Source: an uncultured Verrucomicrobiae bacterium
Lineage (GTDB): Bacteria; Verrucomicrobiota; Verrucomicrobiia; Chthoniobacterales; Terrimicrobiaceae
Length of the DNA: 32,000 nt
Assembly (NCBI GenBank): GCA_963731945.1
Contig: CAVSXN010000005.1
Location: forward strand, 67,883-99,882
Reading direction: 5' to 3'
Within the stretch, counting starts at the first letter, position 1, and each line of letters begins with the position of its first letter. The translations under genes were made by a program, and so were the position numbers. Positions 25,303 to 32,000 of this stretch are shown piece after piece. The notes beneath the pieces were generated by a model, which did no database searches, had not been told where the DNA came from, and saw only the letters and a program-made list of their open reading frames with translations.

Positions 25303-26084
25303 GGCCTTGAGGAAAGGTATTGGATTCCCGGAAGGGTGATAAGAGCAACTGCGAACACCCCAATTGATAACTCCGCAAGCCTCCTCGGAGCAAGCGAATG
25401 TATCCGGTTCATCAGCACCATCGCGCCGTAAGTGGCCCAAATTGCCGCCGAAGCCCAGAATTTTACGGTGTTAACCGGCATCTGGCTGATAAAGCCCGCG
25501 GCAAAACTGATCGTTAGCAGGATGAGGCCGAATCCCATGAGCCGGCCGATGGCCGCGGCAAGGTCATTGATCGGCGGAAGGTTGTAGAGCAGCGAAGACG
25601 CTTTTTGCGATTTGAGCTGTCGCTCCTGTATGAGGTACATGACTCCCGCCACGCTGGAGAGGCCGAAGGCGCCGTAGGCGATGATCGAAAGCGCCGCATG
25701 GGTTTCCACCCACGGGTTGATCCCTGCGCGCCGCACGAGACCCTGGTCGATAGGGGAAATGAGCGCAACCAGCATGATCATGAGGGCGATCGGCGCGCTG
25801 AATGCGCCAAGCAGAGAGAGCCGGTAGGCTGGCCCAACGATCAGGTAGATGAGGACAAGGGACCAGCTTTGGAAGATCAGCACGTCGAAAAGACTGTTGA
25901 GAGGGCAGGATCCCTCCGCCTTGCCGCGAAGGTAGAGGAACGCTGACTGAAACGCAAAGCCCGTCAGGATCATGACAAAATTCAAGCGCCCCGGCCTTAA
26001 GCGCCCCGCCCCCAGGGCGTACAAGGTGTATCCGAAGCTCGTCAGAAAGCAAAGCGTCGCCGCGATGAGCAAAAGACGGTCCAT
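25299..26084 (-). CDS. Cytochrome c assembly-family (CcsA/HemX/YpjD-like) polytopic membrane protein
   Basis: Track ORF 25299..26291; a plausible start is the ATG at 26084 (MDRLLLIAATLCFLTSFGYTLYAL...). There are about 8 hydrophobic spans, including INPWVETHAALSIIAYGAFGLSSVAGVMYLIQERQLK. I saw no tryptophan-rich WWD heme-handling motif. Its stop overlaps the hemA start (ATGA), matching the hemA-hemX association known from Bacillus. Confidence 0.6.
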   Translation of the reverse strand: MDRLLLIAATLCFLTSFGYTLYALGAGRLRPGRLNFVMILTGFAFQSAFLYLRGKAEGSCPLNSLFDVLIFQSWSLVLIYLIVGPAYRLSLLGAFSAPIALMIMLVALISPIDQGLVRRAGINPWVETHAALSIIAYGAFGLSSVAGVMYLIQERQLKSQKASSLLYNLPPINDLAAAIGRLMGFGLILLTISFAAGFISQMPVNTVKFWASAAIWATYGAMVLMNRIHSLAPRRLAELSIGVFAVALITLPGIQYLSSRP

Positions 26085-26282
26085 GGTCCAGAACTTCAAA
26101 TCTAAAAATCGAAACGGAGCGAGAATAGACTCCGGGGAGGGCAGCCGCAAGGGCGAGCCATCGGGTCGACATTGTCGGACTGTTGGAATGCGAGGCAATT
26201 TCCGGCTTGCAGGGAACGGACGAGCGGTCTTCGAGGCCGAAAGGTGTTCGCCAATAGTCTTTACAAGCCCATCTGGCGTGCC

Positions 26283-26978
26283 ATGAACCAACGGCTTACG
26301 AAAACGCGCTGCTTGTATCTTTGCAATCTCTGGGTCGCTCTCCTATGCGGCGCCCAGCAGCCGCAGGCTCCTCCCCTGCCAGCGCCGGACCTTATCGAGC
26401 ACAACCTGGTAAATGTCGGAATGATCTACCCACCGCTTCTCCAGGACATTCGCTACGCGACCCTGTGCAATTTCACGGGACAGGTGCTCTATCCGTTTCC
26501 CACCGCCTTTGTGCACCGGGACGTTGCTGCCGCCTTGCAAGACGTGCAGGCGGAGCTAAAGGAACAGGGCCTTTGTCTGAAGATTCTTGACGGATACCGG
26601 CCGTTTTCCGTCCAGACCAAAATGTGGGAAATTTTCCGCGATGAGCGATATGTCTCCGATCCCAATAAGAGCAAGGGCAAGCACACCCGCGGTACGGCGG
26701 TCGATGTCACGCTCGTCGATCGGATGGGAAACGAACTCAGAATGCCAACCGGATACGATGACTTTTCCGACAAAGCCCATCGATTTTCGAGCAAGTGGAG
26801 CGACGAAGAACGGCGCAACAGTCTCAAGCTCGAAGCCGTCATGAGGAAACACAAGTTCATTCCGTTTCCCTTCGAATGGTGGCACTTCGATTACACAGGC
26901 TGGGAGAACTACCCGCCTCTCGACATCGGCTTCGAAAGCCTGGGCCGCGGAGTGCGAACTGCCGTGCCGGCACGTTGA
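26283..26978 (+). CDS. ddpX: D-alanyl-D-alanine dipeptidase (peptidase M15D, VanX/DdpX family) with predicted signal peptide
   Basis: Track ORF 26172..26978; the likely start is the ATG at 26283 (MNQRLTKTRCLYLCNLWVALLCGAQQ...). VanX-family motifs are ILDGYRPFSVQ, the zinc site KHTRGTAVDVTL (HxxGxAxD) and FEWWHFDY. Confidence 0.85.
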   Translation: MNQRLTKTRCLYLCNLWVALLCGAQQPQAPPLPAPDLIEHNLVNVGMIYPPLLQDIRYATLCNFTGQVLYPFPTAFVHRDVAAALQDVQAELKEQGLCLKILDGYRPFSVQTKMWEIFRDERYVSDPNKSKGKHTRGTAVDVTLVDRMGNELRMPTGYDDFSDKAHRFSSKWSDEERRNSLKLEAVMRKHKFIPFPFEWWHFDYTGWENYPPLDIGFESLGRGVRTAVPAR

Positions 26979-27038
26979 GAACGCCCGGGCTGGACTTTTT
27001 CTTTCGCGCAATGCGGCATTCGAATTAGTTTGCCAGCT

Positions 27039-28325
27039 ATGCCAGACGGCTCCCACTTCTCCGACCCCATCTATTCGGATCCGCTTTTCCAGATGGCAAA
27101 GCGGCAGTTTGAGGTCATCGCCGACTATTTGGACATTGCGGAGGGCAATCGCGAGCGGATCATTTATCCAAAGCGCGCGGTCTCGGTTGCCCTGCCGATC
27201 CATCGCGACGACGGGACGGTTGATGTGTTCCACGGCTACCGGGTTCAGCATCATCTCGCCATCGGGCCGACGAAGGGAGGCACCCGGTTTTCGCCGCATC
27301 TGACGATTGGAGAGTCTGCCGCGCTGGCCGTTTGGATGAGTTGGAAGTGCGCGTTGACCGGCCTGCCCTACGGCGGCGCCAAGGGCGGAGTCCGCGTCGA
27401 TCCGTTGAAGCTTTCGCGGCACGAGCTGGAGCTCGTCTCCCGTCGCTATTTGCAGGAGATGATCCCGTTCATCGGTCCGCAGATGGACATCCTCGGGCCC
27501 GATATGGGGACGAATGAGCAGATCATGGCGTGGTTCATGGATACCTATTCGGTCCATGCCGGCTACGCCCTGGGCGAGATCGTGACGGGAAAACCGGTCT
27601 CGCTGGGCGGGGTCGCCGGACGTCGCGAAGCCACGGGCCGCGGCGTCGTCTTCCTGATCGATCGCGCGCTGGATCACCTGAAGATTCAGCCGAGCCGCTG
27701 CACGGCGATCGTTCAGGGATTTGGAAACGTCGGTTCGGTGACGGCGGGCGGACTGGCCTTTAAGTCCGGCATGAAAGTGGTTGGGATCAGCGATCACACG
27801 GCATCCATCTATGATCCGAAGGGCATCGATGTCGCGGCAGCGGATCGCCACGTCGCCCAGCACGGCACTTTGAATGATTTTCCCTTGGGCGAGCGCGTGG
27901 ATGCCAGGGAGTTCCTGACGCTTCCCTGCGACGTCCTGGTTCCCGCCGCGGTCGAGCGTGTCATCAGCGAGGAGAACGCCGGCCGCCTGCGCTGCCGCAT
28001 CCTTGCGGAGGCCGCCAATGGGCCGACGACGCCGGAGGCCGACCAGATTCTCAACGAGCGGTGGGCCGAAATTTTCGTCATCCCCGACATTCTGTGCAAT
28101 TCGGGTGGAGTGATTGTCTCGTATTTCGAATGGGTGCAGGACCTGCAGAATTTTTTCTGGGCGGACATCGAGATCACCGACCGCCTCTACCGCATTCTCG
28201 ACACGGCCTTCACTGCGGTGATCAAGCGTTCGAAAGAACGAAAAATTCCGCACCGGATGTCCGCCCTCTCCATCGGCGTAGAACGGGTGATTGCCGCCAG
28301 GCAGGCACGCGGTCTCTTTCCGTAA
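27039..28325 (+). CDS. gdhA: Glutamate dehydrogenase (Glu/Leu/Phe/Val dehydrogenase family)
   Basis: Track ORF starts at TTG 27030; the first ATG is at 27039. Motifs are GPTKGGTRF, LPYGGAKGGVRVDP and the Rossmann region VQGFGNVGS. It is about 428 aa, typical of bacterial hexameric GDH. Confidence 0.93.
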   Translation: MPDGSHFSDPIYSDPLFQMAKRQFEVIADYLDIAEGNRERIIYPKRAVSVALPIHRDDGTVDVFHGYRVQHHLAIGPTKGGTRFSPHLTIGESAALAVWMSWKCALTGLPYGGAKGGVRVDPLKLSRHELELVSRRYLQEMIPFIGPQMDILGPDMGTNEQIMAWFMDTYSVHAGYALGEIVTGKPVSLGGVAGRREATGRGVVFLIDRALDHLKIQPSRCTAIVQGFGNVGSVTAGGLAFKSGMKVVGISDHTASIYDPKGIDVAAADRHVAQHGTLNDFPLGERVDAREFLTLPCDVLVPAAVERVISEENAGRLRCRILAEAANGPTTPEADQILNERWAEIFVIPDILCNSGGVIVSYFEWVQDLQNFFWADIEITDRLYRILDTAFTAVIKRSKERKIPHRMSALSIGVERVIAARQARGLFP

Positions 28326-28469
28326 CGCGATTCCTGGAAAAGCACTATCGGTTGGTCGCGGTCTGATAATCCGCGATAAGCCTCGCGCATTTCCGCCGGC
28401 GATCTGGACGCCGATGCAGACCGTGAGAAGGCTCCGGCGCACCATAACGTCGAGCCCGCCCGGCCTTAG

Positions 28470-30002
28470 TCAGCCTTTCGCCGATTCCTGGAGGCCGCGA
28501 GTCGCCTTAGGCCTCAAACCTCTTAGCATTGCGAGCAGCACGCCATTCGTCCACCCGAAACCATCCTGGCCCGGGTACTCGCCGCCCCCGGCCTCAAGCT
28601 TAGTGTCGATGACGTTGTATTTCTCCATGAGTTTGCCGGTGCGTTTGAAGACGTCCGTATTTAATTTTGTCCAGCGTTCCACGATGTGGTCAGCCAGTTC
28701 GAGATGTCCGTAATTTTCCAGCCCAACGACGGCCATCCAATGGAGCGGCGCCCAGCCATTGGGAGCATCCCATTGCTGGCCGGTCGTTCTTAGAGTGCAG
28801 ATAAGGCCGCCGGGTTTCAAAAAACCTTCCCGGATGCGGGCGGCGACGGCCTCTGCTTGTTTATCCGAGGCGATGCCAAACACCAACGGAAACACGGCGG
28901 CCAAACTCATTCCTTCCTTCTGCCTGCCCTGGACAAAGTCGAAGTCAAAGTAAAAGCCGCGCTCGGCGTTCCAGCAATACTTTTGGATGGCTGCCTGTCT
29001 TCGCTTAGCCGTCGACTGATACCGTTGGGCGGCTTCCGGATTTCCCGCGAGCTGATGGGCCTCCCCAATTGCCCGCTCGAGATTAAGCAACAAGCAATTC
29101 AAGTCGACCGGAACGATCTCCGTGGTCTGAATCGTTCGTAAAGAAGCTTCGTCCGCGAACCAGCGAGAACTAAAGTCCCAACCCGATTCGGCCGCGGCGC
29201 GCAGATGACGGTACAAGGTTTCAGGTTGCTGATCCGACTGGCGGGCCAGTTCCACGTCTGCGAGATAGGATTCCGGCCTTGGAGTGGTATTTTCATCCCA
29301 GTAGCGGTTGAGGATTTCCCCGCCGGAGAGTCTCACCGAATGATGAGCGGACGAATTCTTGTCCGGCAAACTCTCCGCACCTTTCATCCAGAAGCTGTAT
29401 TCCTTTTCCAGCTGATTCAAGTATTCTGGCAAAGTGTCGTTTCCGCTAACACCAGCGAGCAACCCCACCATTAAGGAATAGAAGGGCGGCTGTGATCGTC
29501 CCAGATAGTAAACCCGGTTGCCGTTTGGGATGTAGCCGATCGTATCGATAAGGTGGGAGAAATTGCTGACCATGCTGCGGACCAATTCGGTTCGCCCGGA
29601 TGCTTGCAAGCCCAACATCGTAAAATAGCTATCCCAGTAATAGACTTCCCCAAAGCGGCCGCCTGGAACGATGTACGGAAACGGAAGCGGTATAAGTGAT
29701 CCGGCTTTGGCATCGGGCTGTCGCGTTAGAAAGTTCCAGAGCGTCTCGAGATTCTGCTCAACAGTTCTGGTTCGATCGCTGCGGTAATCGGCGCCGTACG
29801 CATGCGGCAAATCAAAGTGCGACAGGATGAACTCTTTGAGATTGAAACCCGGGGTCTCCTTTTCGAGCTGGTATTTTTGATTAGTTTCTTCGAGCGGGTG
29901 TTTGGGCAGGCAATCAACGAAGGTTTTCTCGTCCGCGAAGATGCGGCTCGTCTGCACGTCTTCGAAGAGGGGATGGATGTCAAAGATTTCGGATCGCGGC
30001 AT
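28470..30002 (-). CDS. treF: Trehalase (GH37), apparently cytoplasmic (no signal peptide)
   Basis: Track ORF 28470..30323; homology begins at the ATG at 30002 (MPRSEIFDIHPLFEDVQTSRIFADEKTFVDC...). Trehalase signatures are PGGRFGEVYYWDSYF and QQWDAPNGWAPLHW, with RSQPPF also present. Confidence 0.92.
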   Translation of the reverse strand: MPRSEIFDIHPLFEDVQTSRIFADEKTFVDCLPKHPLEETNQKYQLEKETPGFNLKEFILSHFDLPHAYGADYRSDRTRTVEQNLETLWNFLTRQPDAKAGSLIPLPFPYIVPGGRFGEVYYWDSYFTMLGLQASGRTELVRSMVSNFSHLIDTIGYIPNGNRVYYLGRSQPPFYSLMVGLLAGVSGNDTLPEYLNQLEKEYSFWMKGAESLPDKNSSAHHSVRLSGGEILNRYWDENTTPRPESYLADVELARQSDQQPETLYRHLRAAAESGWDFSSRWFADEASLRTIQTTEIVPVDLNCLLLNLERAIGEAHQLAGNPEAAQRYQSTAKRRQAAIQKYCWNAERGFYFDFDFVQGRQKEGMSLAAVFPLVFGIASDKQAEAVAARIREGFLKPGGLICTLRTTGQQWDAPNGWAPLHWMAVVGLENYGHLELADHIVERWTKLNTDVFKRTGKLMEKYNVIDTKLEAGGGEYPGQDGFGWTNGVLLAMLRGLRPKATRGLQESAKG

Positions 30003-30155
30003 GGTGGAGGCTTGAGAGGGAGCTAAGCGCAATTTAGCACTGACGCGTGGGTTTGTCTCGAGTCCGGAAACGGATGGCCTTGGGAGGCGATAGGTCTGGG
30101 GACAGACGCGTCCCTGCGTGTGGTTTTCGGCGGCTCGCCGAACGAAGATTTTCCG

Positions 30156-30194
30156 GCGGGACGCTGGAAATTGCACGCGGGACGCAGCGGGACG
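30156..30194. repeat. Three direct copies of the octamer GCGGGACG (starts 30156, 30177, 30187)
   Basis: Read directly from the sequence: ccgGCGGGACGctggaaattgcacGCGGGACGcaGCGGGACGaatg. Spacing is 21 and 10 nt. The repeats sit between the GH13 stop (30214) and the trehalase start (30002). Confidence 0.6.
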
Positions 30195-30213
30195 AATGCG
30201 CTCCCCAGTAACG

Positions 30214-32000
30214 TCACTCGCTGGCTGGGAGAGAGCTGCTGATGTGGAGCGATTTTCCTTCGTAGCCGTCCAGCGTGATTCGGAGCCGGCCGCCGTCCGA
30301 CAGGTCGCTGTCGATCGTTTCATGGATCATTTCGACGACGGGCCCTGGGTGCAGGTTGAGGAGCGTGATTGTTTCATCGATCGGCGTTGCGCCGAAATTG
30401 AGAGCCGTCACCTGCGTGCCTTTGCCCTCGGGCAAAACGTGAACCATCGCCAGCAATCCGGCGCTCTTCACTTCGGGCACCAGGATTTGGCGGCTGGCGT
30501 AGAGACCGCTGCTTTGACGAATGGCTAGCAGCCTTTGCAACTGGCTGGCGAATGAGTCGGGCCGCTTAAGCTGCTCGTCAATCGGGCCGTAGAGGGTAGT
30601 TGCTTTGGGCAAACCCGCCTGGGAGGTCTCGGCATCGGGGTTTACGTTGACCAGATCATACGCGCCGCGTTCGATCCAGCGGGTGTCGCCCTCGGCCATG
30701 AGCTCGGAGACTGCATCGGCGGGCAGCGGCAGCGCCCCGACCAGATCCCAGCCGGATAGCGCGAAGACGCCGGGCTGAAAGGCGTTGTACATCACGAGCA
30801 GCAAATGGACGCGCTGGATCTGGCGCTTTTGTTCTTCCGTCAGCGTAGCGAGGTTGCGGATTTTCAGCGCGGCCGCGATGACGCTGGTGGTGGTGCAAGC
30901 GACGCCGTTCGTGACGAAGCGCAGATTGTAGGGCGCATTGTCTCCGGCCAGTCGCTCGTACATCGTCGCGCGCAGATGCTCACGCAGAGTCTCACCCGTC
31001 CAGGTGTGACCGCCGAAGGTATAGGTGTCCTTGGCGTGGAGCGTCCAGAAGTGAACCAGTTCGAGCGTGAGCTCGTCGTGATTTTGAAGGGCGTGAATGA
31101 GCGATGCGGGATCGATGTGATAGTCGCGCATCGTTTTGAACATCAAGCGCAGAAACTCGGTATTCCCGGTGACGAGCGCGTGATGGTAGGCGGGCCGGGT
31201 GATGAAGTCATACGAGAGATCCGCGCCGCCATGGGACATCGCCGCAATGTCGTCGACGGTCAGGTTGAGTTCCTGGAAGCTAAAGCCCCCTGCCTTGCGG
31301 ACCATTCCCGCGATCAACTGGTTGCCCACGACCGAAAGCGGATGGCCCTCGGACCACGCCGGACCCTCGGACCGCCGCTCGACGCCGAGAAAGCCGTTCG
31401 CGTCGAGTCGCAGCATTCGCGCCCCCAGCACATCGAGTGAGTGGAGCGCATCGCCGATGATCATCTGGGGAGCGGCGAACGACGGGTCGAGCCAGTTGAG
31501 CGAAGGTTGGCCTTCCTTGAAGTAATGGAGATAGACCCAGCGGCGAGCCACGCCGTCGACGCCGACGATAACCCCGGTGGCGCTCCAATCGGTCTCCTTT
31601 ACGCCCGGCTCGAAAAAAATCACGCGCCGCAGCTGTCCGACGATGTAGCCTTTGCCCTTGAGCTGATCCACAGTGGCCGGAGAAAGATTCACCGCCTCGC
31701 GTCCCGGGGGGACGGGCGGGAGCAAATCCCAATCGGCCTTTGGGATCGCCACCATATGGTAGAGGCCTGGGTATTCGCCGTAAGCAAGCTCGGCGAGCCG
31801 ATAGTCGGCACCCTTGCCCGTATGCGCCGGCACGATGTCGTCGACCACCACCGCGTTGTGCGCGGCAGCGGTGCGGCTCATCGCGACGAAATCATCCTCC
31901 GTCCCGAAAGCAGGATCAATCTCGAAACTCATGCGGTCGAAGTTGCCGTCGATCGTGGGCGTGTAGTCGCGGCCGCGAATGCCACCTGAGCGTTTCATTG
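30214..32000 (-). CDS. GH13 alpha-amylase-family enzyme, trehalose synthase (TreS)-like; N-terminus outside the window
   Basis: The ORF is open to the window edge. GH13 conserved regions are: [40 protein letters not shown] and [15 protein letters not shown]. The NHDELTLE form resembles TreS. Only ~50 aa precede region I, so the true start is beyond nt 32000. The CDS is certain; the exact specificity is not. Confidence 0.7.
   Translation of the reverse strand, partial: MKRSGGIRGRDYTPTIDGNFDRMSFEIDPAFGTEDDFVAMSRTAAAHNAVVVDDIVPAHTGKGADYRLAELAYGEYPGLYHMVAIPKADWDLLPPVPPGREAVNLSPATVDQLKGKGYIVGQLRRVIFFEPGVKETDWSATGVIVGVDGVARRWVYLHYFKEGQPSLNWLDPSFAAPQMIIGDALHSLDVLGARMLRLDANGFLGVERRSEGPAWSEGHPLSVVGNQLIAGMVRKAGGFSFQELNLTVDDIAAMSHGGADLSYDFITRPAYHHALVTGNTEFLRLMFKTMRDYHIDPASLIHALQNHDELTLELVHFWTLHAKDTYTFGGHTWTGETLREHLRATMYERLAGDNAPYNLRFVTNGVACTTTSVIAAALKIRNLATLTEEQKRQIQRVHLLLVMYNAFQPGVFALSGWDLVGALPLPADAVSELMAEGDTRWIERGAYDLVNVNPDAETSQAGLPKATTLYGPIDEQLKRPDSFASQLQRLLAIRQSSGLYASRQILVPEVKSAGLLAMVHVLPEGKGTQVTALNFGATPIDETITLLNLHPGPVVEMIHETIDSDLSDGGRLRITLDGYEGKSLHISSSLPASE

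Noticed and set aside
26556-28445. A 629-aa ORF antisense to the ddpX 3' end, the spacer and the whole gdh gene
   Set aside because: The translation is Arg/Gly/Ala/Pro-rich and has no recognisable motifs. It mirrors the codon structure of strongly supported genes on the other strand. Long stop-free antisense frames are expected in GC-rich DNA.
30003-30323. N-terminal extensions offered by the ORF track: treF to 30323, cobA-hemD to 23579, hemA to 25440, the HemX-like gene to 26291, ddpX from 26172 and the cNMP protein to 5552
   Set aside because: The extensions translate to R/P/S/G-rich sequence without homology-like character. Family-typical N-termini begin at internal ATGs, several of which form ATGA overlaps with the upstream gene's stop.
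1-32000. A by-eye scan of both strands for CRISPR arrays, tRNA/rRNA genes, riboswitch-like leaders, IS elements and prophage genes
   Set aside because: Nothing was found. There are no regularly spaced repeats, no tRNA T-arm-like GGTTCGAATCC contexts in intergenic DNA, and no transposase, integrase or phage-like ORFs. A proper tRNAscan, Infernal or repeat search was not possible here.

Overview
GC-rich bacterial chromosomal segment. The gene content and the lack of obvious Shine-Dalgarno sites remind me of Verrucomicrobiota/PVC-type genomes, but that is an impression only. About 21 protein-coding genes are present, nearly all recognisable and mostly housekeeping. In window order: partial ABC ATPase (-), sucA-sucB (+), stand-alone cNMP-binding protein (-), frame-disrupted ROK sugar kinase (+), TVP38/DedA-type membrane protein (-), DUF4174-like secreted protein (+), family-B DNA polymerase (-), malate:quinone oxidoreductase (+). 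Next comes a tightly coupled TPR protein / large thioester alpha-2-macroglobulin (frame-disrupted) / PBP1C cluster (+), then a decayed nucleotidyltransferase-like remnant. A minus-strand tetrapyrrole cluster follows (HemX/CcsA-like, hemA, hemC, cobA-hemD fusion). The window ends with a secreted VanX/DdpX-type dipeptidase (+), glutamate dehydrogenase (+), trehalase (-) and a partial TreS-like GH13 enzyme (-). By eye I saw no rRNA, tRNA, CRISPR array, transposase, integrase or phage genes. I do not see a convincing wholly undescribed multi-gene system. The best candidates for follow-up are: (1) the TPR-A2M-PBP1C module with start/stop overlaps and a split A2M; (2) a PolB with intact polymerase motifs but substituted Exo II/III residues; (3) C-terminally short HemA and HemC; (4) an E2o without a peripheral-subunit-binding domain; (5) two independent +1 frame disruptions; (6) a phased triple 8-mer upstream of trehalase. 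All functional calls rest on motif recognition from my own translation or the ORF track, since no database search was possible.
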